Below are positions 13,101-25,264 of a DNA stretch of 64,000 nucleotides, piece by piece. Both the position numbers and the translations under genes were made by a program. Location: contig NC_042997.1 of the NCBI RefSeq assembly GCF_006345805.1, positions 119,536,001 through 119,600,000 of the forward strand, read 5' to 3'. The stretch comes from Octopus sinensis. Lineage: Eukaryota. Under the pieces are notes generated by a model, which did not search any database, had not been told where the DNA came from, and was given only the letters and a program-made list of their open reading frames with translations. Positions within the stretch are counted from its first letter, which is position 1. Every line of letters begins with the position of its first letter.

Positions 13101-13859
13101 TGCAAAATCAGAAACTTGCACTTTAAAACGATGATGTATGTGCATGTGTAGTTACGAAATTGTAAGGATCTTTTTGACGTTGACTGATGAGGAATTACTT
13201 ACGAACTTTCCGTTCGCTCAGCTATTGCCTTTGCTGTGTTCTTGTTTGAAACATTATTTACTTAAAACTCCGCACGCATTATTTTCTTTACCCAGGCGCA
13301 GGCGTGGCTGTGTGGTAACTCGCTTACTGCTACTAAGTTGTCGTCGGGGTGGAAGTCACGTCGTACGTGAAAATTTGAACATTTGAAGCACGACCACAGG
13401 TAAAGCACGTTTTTTGGGGAGCTTATTGCGGTCTGCTGTTTGTATTTAAATATTTTTTTCGAACAGGGGTCTCCACTGAGTTCCAGCCATTTGTTTGCCA
13501 GTGGTCGTGTAAGAAGACTCAATGTGTAGTGAGAATTGTGTTTATTTTGGAAGTGTGTTCCTCCAAAATTTTCTTTGAAATTTCTATGAATGTGTTTGTG
13601 CCCTTTAAAGTGGATTTTTACCATAAAGGACAGGTGTACAGCTAGAATTGGGCGGAATACCATTTGTGCTGCGAATGACTACCAGTTTGGATTACCAGAG
13701 TAGCAGAATTGTGTTGTGTTGTGTTGCCATTTTGGATTATCTTCCTTCGCTCTTTCTTCTTCTGTCTGTCTTCCTGATTTTTTTTAGTTTCTTTATAGAC
13801 TTTCCTTTGAACATTTTGATTTTTGTTTGTGGACTTTTATTTTTGTTTCGACTATCAAC

Positions 13860-14740
13860 ATGGCAAATGTGAAATCCGCTTTGGTGTGGAAAATTTTGGG
13901 CCCCAAAGAATGGTTGAAAAATTATACAGAGAGAACGGTGGTGTTAAGGAACTATTCCAGGGTCCTTGACACCATCAAGGTCTTCTCTGAGGAAGAAATT
14001 GGGGAGATTGGCAGACTATCTGTCAACTGTTAGGTTTATCCGCCGGGGTGCGAAGTATGGGATTGTGTGTGTTGTTTTTGACACCCCCTGCGGAAGCTCA
14101 TGATTTTGCAAGTATGCCTTTGGAAGAGGAGAAAATTTTGTTTCTCCCTACTTATGGCGGTAGAAAGTTGAGAAGACCCTGGGTGTGTGGCCTGCCACCC
14201 GGTACAGAAGTGGATAGAAGTCCCTATCCGCCGAGGCCTGGGTGGCGGCACTGCCAGCTCTTAAATGTAAAAACGTTGTCTGTGGTTGATTGGGTCGGGT
14301 CAAAATTGCTTTTGACCCTTATGATCCAATCAACCGATGAACTGGTTTTACCAGATTTTTTAACAATGGCCGGTTCTAGGTACACGGTGATGGTTGAGGG
14401 ACGACCTCTAAGTGTCACGTGTGCCTGAAATTGGGCCATATAAAGAAGAACTGTCGCCGGGATCAGGCAAGGGTCCTGGAACAGTTAATTGAAAAAGTGT
14501 TCCCTGATCCCCCAAATATATACACATTAGCGAATCGTTAAAACATTCAGTAATTTGGATGATGAAATCATATAGACTAATAGAGAAGCATGCCGGAGAA
14601 AGCCATGGCCGTGGGGCTTAACTGATGAGACATGGGTAGTTATCGAAACTGACGCCAGTACTAAGAATTCTCGACTGGTATTTTTCTGACGATTCAGGTC
14701 CCTGTTAGTGCATGGGATCAATTTTAGCTCGTATTTCTAG
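13860..14740 (+). pseudogene. Gag-like ORF1 pseudogene (putative RRM-like region + CCHC zinc knuckle)
   Basis: Pieces 13860-14033, 14048-14428, the knuckle at 14413-14454 and C-terminal LTDETWVVIET..QVPVSAWDQF*, separated by frameshifts. Confidence 0.65.
14617..14665 (+). ncRNA. Type I hammerhead ribozyme motif
   Basis: CTTAA-CTGATGA-GACA[tgggtagt]TATC-GAAA-CTG[acgc]CAGT-A-CTAAG. Intact core, perfect 4-bp stem III, GUA cleavage triplet, stem II 3/4 paired, stem I 4/5 paired (A.C at the 1.1/2.1 pair). Confidence 0.65.
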
Positions 14741-14784
14741 CATTGTAGGTGTTTCTACACACCCTAGTCAAATTTAGTGACAAT

Positions 14785-14864
<80 letters not shown>

Positions 14865-15149
14865 AAGACAGAGACAGTGGTAGAAGGAGAGAAAAAGCAG
14901 GTAGAGAAACAGAGAATTCGATGTTAATGCCATTTGCATCTGCACATCATATATATCTTTCTACCTTTTTCTCAGTTTCTAGCGTACGTGTGTGCCTGGA
15001 TGTACACACAAGCATATGCAATTATAGTCGCTGTGGACACGCGCGGGTGTGTGCGTGCGTGAGTATGTGAATATCTTTGTATTGCATTAAAAAATGTTTA
15101 AATTCTTATTTGAATGTAAATCTCAGAATCAAAACTACTCACTATTGCA

Positions 15150-16300
15150 CAGCCTATGAATAATTTAAATGAATTCAAACATCCAGTTCTTGGCTTCGAT
15201 TGTTTTTCCTCTCTAAATCAACGCTTTTTTGAAAAAATAATACTTTTCGTATGCCAGTGATATTAAATGATATAAGTCTATACAGGTCTTCTACTAAATT
15301 AGTGATTCTTGTCCTTGCGGAGTAAAGTAAGATTTGCCTATATTTTAAAGACGTTTTTAGATAGACTGGGATAGAGCCAATGAGTAGAGGCGCTGAGCAT
15401 GATACTGAAAATTGAAGAAGAGTCCAGGGACTCGGTTGCTTGGTGAAAGATATTCTCAGTGGAAGGTGAAGTAAATAATGGTACTTTTGGTTAAACAAGT
15501 GGAAACATAATTCGACAGTTCTTCCTGGACTTGTGGTGCATTCATCACCTCCTATTAAAAATATCCCGAAACAGTGAATGCCTTGTGGGGAACACTAACC
15601 TTCAACTTATACAAAATACATAAGTAACTAAGAATAAAAAATGAGAGCAATATATGATCACTAAATACCATGTGTCGTTATAAAACACGAGTGAATGATT
15701 GCGTTTCTGCATTAATATCGTTAAATAATAAACAATATAACGGATCTACCATAAATATCAAACGATACTTTATTAAAAGCACACAGAATATTTTTGTCGA
15801 ATTTGGATGTATTAGGCTGAGATTTCTCCTGTTATATGCTTTTATGTAACATATTGTATTTGCTGTGCTTTGTTATGGCTTCCCTTAAGGAAATAAACAA
15901 CTTCTATGTGTTCAGCTTTTAGAAACAAGTGTTTCATTCCAATGCTGAGTTTCAGTTGCTTGGGAAAATAGTGTATTAACAATTCAATGCATTTCGATAG
16001 TTGAAATTCTCTCTTCCATATAGTATTGAGAAACGTAAACTAACACTGAAAGATCTACTTCATATTTTAGGTTAAAGTTCTCTAAAAATCAAGTTGTATG
16101 TAGTAATTCGGGGTGTCTACAGCGCAAATAACTTTAACATTCTCCTTGATACCTGAATTACTTCGAGTTATTGATGTAGCTCTTTCTCCTTGACAGAGGC
16201 ACAAGGAAGTTATACATGAGTTTGTATGTACACGCTCGTAATTTCTAGCGACTCTGAGCGTGACTGGTTGTATTTGCATGTACCTGTCTGGCCGAAAATT
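15150..16300 (-). mobile_element. Very old CR1/L2-like LINE RT remnant
   Basis: Degenerate motifs in the expected order: LRVARNYE (R.AK..YE), EELSNYVSTCLT (E.LN.YF.S.FT), LLIGSIPVYLKT (SL..G.IP..WK.A), ANLTLLRK and LYRLISF..RKVL (YRPISL..KVL). Confidence 0.4.
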
Positions 16301-16614
16301 TGGAATATATCACGAATTCCATACAGAATCCAACTCAGAATTTGAAGCAAATAATAAACAGCAAATCACAATATCCAGAGTACCGCGAAGCAAGGGAATC
16401 CACTGAAAACATTTCACTGCACTCTTACAAGAGACAAAAATTATCCAGTTCATTTAATACAATCAAAACATGTTTGTAAATAAGACTGATACATGTTAAT
16501 ATGTATTATGCTTCTGGTAATTGTTCAAGGTGCTTATGTGATTGGTGAATTTATCTTTGATGTTCTTATCGCTTTTCAACGTATTGAGGTTGTTAGGAAA
16601 ATACGAAGTTGCTA

Positions 16615-17520
16615 ATTATTTTGTTAAATTTATTTCTACAGAAATAGTTAGTACTAATTATTTTTGCTACAAAGTCTCGTATCGAGACGTCAGATGTGAA
16701 TGAACAATGAGATCGGCGGCAAAAATTGGTGATGAATGTATATGTCATACTTCATGGGTTTTTGCCTTTTCATTTGCACTCATATAATCCACACTTTCCT
16801 CCGAAGACATTGTTTACATAGCCACTACATACAGTGGTGTAAAATTATTGGATATGCCAATTTACTTATCAAACGCATTCACGGAGCAAATCTGTAAATA
16901 TTAAAGGCCAGTAGTCACGTGGTATTCGTTATGCAACCTTAAAGTACAATAAAGTATATTTAATGTTGTGTGTATATTTAATGTTGTAATGAAATAATCT
17001 TAATAAAATAATGTAAAGAGCACTGCTAACGCAGTAGGCCATTCTGTTTACTCATAAAAAAATCGTTTACCATACTTCCTTGTACATTATGGCTGCGTAA
17101 CGAAATTCCACGTTACTACAACTCTTTAACATTTTCATACCAGCCCCAGGAATGTGTTAAACCTGTAAATTGGTATATCCAATAACTTTAAACCACTGTA
17201 TGCGATGGCTGTATAAGCAATAAGGTCGGTGGCAAGAGTGGGTTGGATGAGTGCTGGTGTAGGGGAAACAAACACCGAAATATGGCACATAGGCTCATTC
17301 CCAATTTTTGTCTTCGCTGTCATTGTTTGCTTACATCGGACGTTTCGATATGAAACGTTGTACCAAAACCTCAGTACTGGCTATAATTTCTGTACAAATA
17401 AACTTAACAAAATAATGTAAAAAGCACTTCTAACTCAGTAGGTCGTGCTTTTGACTCATGAAAATACTTAATATACTTTAATGTCTGTTATGGTGGCATA
17501 ACTATTTTTCCGTGTGATTA
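16615..17520. repeat. Old diverged inverted duplication (16615-16900 vs 17110-17420) plus direct repeat (16985-17120 vs 17400-17520)
   Basis: Collinear alignment, e.g. tacagtggtgtaaaattattggatatgccaatttac vs tacagtggtttaaagttattggatataccaatttac (reverse strand). Confidence 0.75.
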
Positions 17521-18106
17521 CAAGTCTGTAATAGTAGTTGGTAATGACTATGTTACTAGTGACGGTTGCTAGTAATGGAAGAAAACAGCAAAAACCTTTA
17601 CTCACGATAGCAAATAAAATTTTCAGGGCAGAATCTTTATTATAACCAAGTTTGCCTTAGCCATCACCGACCCATCTTTTCTTCCGAGACATATAATTTG
17701 TTTTCATATTTAGTAGATGATTCGTTTGCAAGTCACGTCGGTAAAAATAGCTGTGTCTTTACTAATTAGGAATGTCAATAAGAAATCACAGAATCTCATT
17801 TTCCCGAAACAGCCTTTCAGCAGAGAAATGCATCATCCGATGAAGGCGGAGAAATTCTGAATGCAGAAAGGAATAAATTAGAATGTGGGGCATGAAAGTG
17901 AAAACTTAGCAATAATGATTATAGCGCAAGTGAGTTAATAAAGTACAAAGGCGTACAAACGATTCACTGCTTCACGAGTTTACATAGGATGAAACTATAT
18001 TACACTGCTAGAGTTAGCCCACATTCAATATTGACATTTAGATATACTATACCTGCTTGATGCATAAATAACCTCCACAATCAAAACACCAATGCAATAA
18101 CACTTA

Positions 18107-18437
18107 AAAGCATTGGCAATCCGTCGGTTACGATGGTGCGGGTTCCAGTCCATCCGGTCAAAGGATCAACTTGTTCACGAAATGAATGTGCAAGTGGCTG
18201 AGCATTCCACAGACACGTTTACCCTTAACGTAGTTTTCAGGGAGATTCAGTGTGATACAGAATGTGACAAGGCTGGTCCTCTGGAGTACACGTACTATAC
18301 ATTTTTGTCAGCTGAGTGGACTGGAGTAACGTGAAATAAAGTGTCTTGCTCAAGGATACAATGCGTCGCCGGGAATTGAAATCACAATCTTACAGTTTTG
18401 AGCCGTATACGTTAACCATTAAGCCACGCGTCTTCAC
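18107..18437 (-). mobile_element. tRNA-derived SINE family C (V/Ceph-domain-like core)
   Basis: Minus-strand head GTGAAGACGCGTGGCTTAATGGTTA (A box), ATTTCAATTCCCGG (B-box-like), then TGTATCCTTGAGCAAGACACTTTATTTCAC. Confidence 0.8.
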
Positions 18438-20339
18438 ACATGCAGCACTTTTCTACTGGCATTGTCAGTATCTGACAGTAAGTTTCTTCATAATTTACTA
18501 AGTAAATCCTTTGAATCACATTGGTAAGAGTTAATTAGAGATTAATATGATTCAGTACAACACCACCCACAATTATTGGAATGTGTGATGCATTGCTTAA
18601 AATAGTTTTCCTTTGTTTGTATGTTCTATATACTACTGTGTAATAACATGTATAAAAAATGTAATAGTGACAGATTTTCAGAAATAATTGTTACTTCTTG
18701 CAAATAAAAAAAAAGCATACAAAAACAAAAACAAAAAAAATTACGACTACATCCTTCCGAAACAAATTATTTTTGATTATTATTTTTTTGTATGCCATAA
18801 CAGTTGGTTACATATTTTTGTAGAGAGAACCTTCGATAACATAGATTCCATCTATGATATATTCTCGACGAGGAAGGACGAAAGGCACGTTCATATAGAA
18901 AATGTATATGAGGTTTAAAAATAACTTATCTGAATATGTCAGAGAATATCACCAATTGAGTAAGACCTCAGTTGTTCTTCAACGATACCTATCTTGGAAT
19001 AAGCAACAGCAAAAGCGTCAACTTGTTATTAAAGCCAACAAGATATACTTCTAGGCTCCTATTTAACTAACCAACAATAGCAGTAAAAACTTAATTCTGT
19101 CCTAGCTTCGTAAGAATATATGGACACTTAACCGAATACCTGGAGATAATATCTAACAAACAACAAAAACGAATCTGACCTCAACTACATTGGCTTACAT
19201 AGATTTACAGGGCAATTATGAACTGTTCAAAATCTATTTACTATTCTTTATGTATCATATTCTACAAAAGATGGATTAAAATAAAGAAAAAAATGTATTC
19301 TTGAAAGACTGCCAAATATATATAAAAAATATAGATTATTACATTCCTGTTATGTTTGAGTAATAAGATCTATTAGTTTTCACTTGACATCTTGAAAAAA
19401 TAGCAATAATTTTTGTATACAGCGTATCAAGTGGATATTAATACTACACTTATATATTAAATTCTACATATTTATTATATTCTTTACCTCAAATATATCA
19501 TGAAACGAATAAATACGTTGAATTATTTGCGTTTACTGTATTCATGACTTTGCAAGCAGAAATATTTTTCGTGAAGCCATTGTTCATTTTAATATAAACC
19601 AAGCTCACCTGACAGCCAGTTTGTTTGCATCGAACTCTTTATAAAGTAATTGTCTTGAATTATAACTCCAGAACCAGCGCTTTGATTCATGTGTCTAATA
19701 CTAAGATATCTATATTTAAAAGTGAATTCACACCATTTCTATTATGTTGTATCAACAATTTTAATGTACAGTGTATTGATTTCATAACGTTAGCTAAATT
19801 GCAATCTACAGCGTTTTATATACACACCCTTGTAGTATACCCAGATATAAATATGTAAGATTAGGTATATATTCTAAAGACATATGCATGCATGCATACT
19901 TACAGACATACATAAACACATGCATACACACCAGCGCCATCTTATGTACATACACCCACGCACACATACATTTATATAGAAAACCTCATAAATTAAGCAA
20001 ATTGTAGAATATAAGTTAGGTTTCTTTAGACAGTATGAATAATACCAATTTTGTCTCCAAGACATTATTATATTTACGTTAATGTTCCATAAATCATTTT
20101 CCTGCCTTAGCTCATGAATAACGCTTTCTAATGTAAATAATAATCAATCCTGTTCATACTGTATTTACACACACTCACGCAGACACACACAAAGTATTCT
20201 GCCTGTGTTTGTATATACGTACGCCTACATACATAATTACACATGAACACATCTATACATCTAAATATAAACATACACACTCACCCATAAATACAAATAT
20301 ACCTCTATTAAATATACATATACATATACAATATAAATA

Positions 20340-20449
20340 TACATGCATATATATGTATATATATATATACATATATATATATGCATATATATATATATCC
20401 ACATATACATATGCATACATACATACATACATACATACATATGCTTATA

Positions 20450-20523
<74 letters not shown>

Positions 20524-20545
20524 AATACATGTGTATATATATAGA
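20340..20545. repeat. (TA)n/(TACA)n compound microsatellite
   Basis: Direct reading. Confidence 0.95.
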
Positions 20546-21777
20546 AATACATGTGTATATAAATATGTTTCGGTATACGTGCTTATATGTATGTGTGCAT
20601 GTTGGAAGTTGGTATGTGAGGGCATTTAAGCATCCATGTGTGCATCTACGTGTGGGTGTGTTTGTGCGTGTAGGTGAGTGTGTATGAGAGAGAGAGAGAC
20701 ACACACACACACACAGAGATAATGAGCGCTCGCTTGCCTGTATTAATGCACATTAAACTTTGCCGAATATAAACTGTAATAGAGTTTTCCTGAAATAGAT
20801 ATATTTCCCAATTTCACTTACAACACACTTACACACATCGACATTTACATTGCTACATATATCTACCTTGCAATATATTATATCTAGGCGCTTATATACG
20901 ATGGCTTTATTATCGCACATGTTTACTTGAAAATACGTAGAATTATAACGCAATCAAAGGAAAGAACATTCATTTTCTCCTGAATGAATATATTTGGCTT
21001 TAGCATTTAGATTATTTCTGCTGTTGATATTATTATTAGTAGTAACATATATATGAAATTGATCTTTTCGTTATGCATGTTATCTGGTAGTTACGTTTAG
21101 ATTACTATGGCCTTGTTGTAAGCCAATTTCTAAGAATCCAGTTTATCTTGAAGAATGATACACTTAGAATATTTCCCTGGTGTTACGTAATTCTCAAGAG
21201 ATGGTTTTCGATTCCCCAGTCACCAATCAGTGGTACCAAATATTTTACGTAGGCAAACATTTTGTAATTGAAATATTTTTATGATATAATCCCGTAAAAT
21301 TCACGCAATTCACGTACGAAACCACACATAGTACATGTATACACAAACACAAATTTCGGGAATGGAGGAGGTAAAATTCAGCCTACATATGTTTCCTAGC
21401 TACCAGAACCTCAGAAGTAGCTATTACGCAGTGTGTGGTACTCCACTGGATACTTATCAAGCCGTAGATACCTTCGTTAAATGAAAGTTACATTGTCGTC
21501 CAGGTATACCAAGTTAACATGGAGGAGATTTGATCAAAATATCATATGTAGGGACAACAGTTGCTAACCGACAATTATAAGATTACTTTCTTCAGCTTCT
21601 CGAAGTCAGTTATGATAAAAATTTACAACTTTTTACGTCAATGAACCAATAATGTTCTTGACGGTTTTTATACCTTCTACGGACTGATCGATGCTTACCA
21701 GCCTCCTACACCTGGAGCCTGGGGTCTTACCTGTACATAATCTTACACATGCACCCACCATACACACACACACACAA

Positions 21778-21824
<47 letters not shown>

Positions 21825-22112
21825 CGAGTGTATGTGTATATGTAAACATATATGTTTAGATATGTGATATTTCTCTTTGCTCCAGTTTGATCATGCAAAA
21901 AATAAGAACAATCCCACTGCTAGTACAGCACTCTCTGCCTTAGCAGCCATATTTCGTAAGGTCCACTGGGTCAAGTCTAAGAAGGCTTGGGTGTGTATTT
22001 AACTACCTGTTTATGATAACATAGCCATAAAAATTTATGAGCGAATATACGGCATATTTTAAAACATGATGCTCACTTGTGAGTGACTAGTTACTGACAT
22101 ATATATAGATAT

Positions 22113-22500
22113 ACTAGCAGTATTGCCCGGCGTTGCTCAGGTTTGTAAGGGAAATAACTATAAAGCATTTTTAGAGAGTTATAGCCAAAAAATAGCAAAA
22201 AAATGGAAAAAAAATGATGGTAAATTTTTTTTTGAGAGTAAAAAAAGGTTGAGTTGCGTCCCCTAGACAGTCTGTGGTTTGTTTTTTTTGATTCTCGACC
22301 CCATGTCGAATTTATCGATTCTTTTCAGAACTGGGGGAACTTTTCAAAATTTTCGCTGCGTTAGTTTTGAATTATGACATTGGGCTATGTGTGTGTCAAG
22401 TTTCATCAGAATCGGTTGAAAGCCGTGGTCAGGGTGAGGGTACGAGAAAACAGACACACAGAAACACGCACAGACAAACTGCCGTTTATATAGAGAGAGA
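22113..22500 (+). mobile_element. Non-autonomous Helentron/DINE-1/Lep1-like rolling-circle element
   Basis: 5' ACTAGCAGTATTGCCCGGCGTTGCTC(A)GG; 3' AAGTTTCATCAGAATCGGTTG followed by an (ACAG)-rich tract and ..GCCGTTTATATAG, the architecture of HINE/DINE-type elements. Confidence 0.7.
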
Positions 22501-23542
22501 TATTGATAAATACGCACCTATGCAATCATAGATTACCGAACACATATTCAGACATACACGCACATGTATATTCATACATACATACATATACCTGTAAATG
22601 TCTTAAAGATAATTACGCACACACACACACGCGCGCATGTGTTTATGTGTGTGTGTGTGGGGGGTATATATATGTTTATAATTATATGTCTCACTCCCCT
22701 GAGACTCTTACTGTTAAAAATTCAATGCGGAAAAATCATTCATTGACCCATTAAAACACGTGAGTAACGATGCTATTGTCCACCAATTACTATCTAATAT
22801 CAAATAAATCGAAATTCGTCTCGATGCATAGTGAGAGTTTTATTCTTTGCAGAAGGTCAGTAAAATGTCACATTCGCTTAATAGCTTAGTCTATAAATCC
22901 TGTTAATAGATTGCCACGAAATCTTATGCCAGAAATATTAAAGTTAAAGAGAAGAGAATTACTAAACACTGCAGATATTTAAATAAATGTGCATGGAATT
23001 CTTTGATTCCAAATATAGTTTGCTGTGTACATATGTAAGACATTATTTAGTTTAGCCGTGATTAAAGTTAATGGTGCGTCATTTCATTTCGAAATTGTTT
23101 CATGCTTCAATGCAAACCAATAAAAAGAATTGGAACCATAATCATTACGAGCAACCGTTCCCTCCTGATTTAGGAAGCGATGAGGTCACAATGTCTTTTC
23201 ATAATATTTAAGTACATGCAGTACCTAATCTCTTGCAAACGTACATTTTAAGTGTCGTATTTTTGGCATAGATTTTAATCGCATAATAGAAAATATATAG
23301 TAAAATCCCTATCTAGGAAATGATGTATGAAGAAATTAGTATAACAGGAGACTGGAAAGAGAGATGAAACTGAAAGTAAACTTCAAAATCAGAAATTGCA
23401 AACTTCCCAAATCTCTTCAACCTCTTACGCATTATAAAGGAAAATGAGGAATAGCACGTATGTTTTATACATTAGAATAACTAAAATGGGCGGAAAGCCG
23501 TCTATGAAGGATTACAGAGGGTGGGGATGCCTATATTATGAA

Positions 23543-23745
23543 GCGTGAAAGGTGTTTATAAGCCATTTAAGAAACACACAAAAACAGTTAGATTCACTTC
23601 AACATTTAACTTTATATTAGTTGAAGTGTATCTAACGGTTTTGTGTGTTTCCTAAATGGCTTGTAAACACCGTCCACGCTGCAATTGTTTCCTTTCCAGC
23701 ACACGACCTCAGATCAGGTCACTTGCTCTGCAAATACATCTCCGA
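23543..23745. repeat. Fold-back repeat (61-bp arms, 16-nt loop) with shared tail; second copy at 51471-51745
   Basis: gcgtgaaaggtgtttataagccatttaagaaacacacaaaaacagttagattcacttcaac is inverted at 23620-23679. The tail ..ctcagatcaggtcacttgc..catctccg is shared with the 51.5-kb copy. Confidence 0.85.
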
Positions 23746-24353
23746 AATAATGAGATGGTAAGGAAAATACGTCGATTTCTGAAAACACTAAGATATAAAC
23801 GGCAAGTGGATCGAATGGAGACCTAATGACGTTTCAGAATATAATTGCAATAAAACTATTTGTAGCAACTCACAGATTATTGTGTGTGTGTGGGCGGTGA
23901 AATTATCACATGGGTCCACAGGGTGTCTGCAATCGAGTAAATCATAATATAGAAGGAAACCACTTTCGCACTTCAAGGCGAAGTTCAACAGTTGAGCCAT
24001 TGCTAAATAGGCAGATGTCTGCAATTAACTGCTCACACTTCGTGACATCCACATTCTCCTGCCAAGTCATTCACAGCCTGAGAGAAATCAAAATTAGTCG
24101 AGTACGAATCCGTTGACAATTACAAAATAAAACCAAAAGCGGTAATGGACGCGAACGAAGACTGCTAATCAAATTCAGACGCAGATGTGATATTCTGTCA
24201 TGGCATTCGAAGTAAATTCCGTTTCCGAGACAAAGTGACGAGGCCGATTTTAGTGGTAAGTGAAAATATTGCATTTGGGTCCAAATGATTCTATGTGTAT
24301 ATGGCTATTGTTTCATACTCCAAGACGATAGGTCGAAACACGTGCAAAATCAC

Positions 24354-24489
<136 letters not shown>

Positions 24490-24585
24490 GGGAAGCTTTA
24501 TGAAAATAGACAAAAGACGAAGGCAGGTGGAAAACAAAGAAACAATTGTATTAGTATGGCGCTCAGGAAATATAAATAAAACAAG

Positions 24586-24623
24586 TCTTTAACGTTTCGA
24601 GCCTACGCTCTTCAACAGAAAGA
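24586..24623 (-). ncRNA. Minimal HHR-like motif (variant core) in the downstream pseudo-LTR
   Basis: TCTTT-CTGTTGAA-GAGC[gtag]GCTC-GAAACGTT-AAAGA: 5-bp stem I, 4-bp stem II, palindromic ACGT stem III; core deviates from CUGANGA. Confidence 0.55.
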
Positions 24624-25264
24624 TACACAGAGAAAAAAAAAACACAGAAAGAAGGAGAGAAAAAAATATATGCGTGCAGTAAATAACGAATCAACATGAC
24701 GATCTGATTTTGGCCAGAAGTCAAAGATCAAACATGAGACGCGAGAGCGAATTTAGGGGAGATAATAGGGTTGAATGACCTACTCCAACATAAGGGTGTG
24801 TGTGTGTGTGTGAGTATGAGAGAGTATTAGTGCGTATGAGAGGTCTGGACGTGTGTATGTATATATGATGTGATGTGTAAAGTCATGTGGTGTAGTGTGG
24901 AGAGAGGAGAAGAGAAGGAGGGGGAATAGGAGGGGGGAAGGGGAGGTAGAAAGGAAGGGGACGGGGAAGGAAGAAAGAGGGAGAGGGGAGAGAGAAGGGG
25001 ATTTAGGGAGCAGAGGAAAGGGGAAGAGGGAAGGAGGGAGCGAGAAAGAGGGGGAGAAGGAAGGGGAGGAGGAAAGAGCAAAGAGGGAGAGGGAGAGAGA
25101 GAAGGGTATTGAGGGAGCAGAGGGAAGGGGAAGAGGGAAGGAGGGAGGGAGAAAGAGGGAGAAAGAGGGAAGAAGGGAAGAGGAGTAGGGGTTAAAGGAT
25201 GAAGGACTGAAGAGAAGTAGGGGTCGGGGGGAGGTAGGTGAGGAGGGGGAGGCGGGGAGAGGGG

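Larger units (their letters stand above)
13295..14770 (+). mobile_element. L1/Tx1-like element 5' part: tRNA/SINE-like head, T-rich 5'UTR, disrupted gag-like ORF1; no ORF2 follows
   Basis: ATG at 13860 (MANVKSALVWK..); frameshifted continuation FDTPAEAHDFASMPLEEEKILFLPTYGGRK..VMVEGR; CX2CX4HX4C knuckle CHVCLKLGHIKKNC at 14413-14454. The sequence ends in (CA)n. Confidence 0.7.

Noticed and set aside
15175-15551. ~125-codon open frame on the minus strand with a plausible acceptor (ttttaatag|GA), considered as a host exon
   Set aside because: An open frame this long is expected about once by chance in this much unique sequence, and its motifs fit a decayed CR1/L2-type RT better.
19609-19750. 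Candidate minus-strand exon ending at a GTGAGC donor
   Set aside because: Weak acceptors, two alternative short frames, no recognisable protein and no reliable partner exons.
24178-24255. Candidate plus-strand exon (DADVIFCHGIRSKFRFRDKVTRPILV) before a GTAAGT donor
   Set aside because: No polypyrimidine tract and no downstream exon could be linked; it needs RNA-seq.
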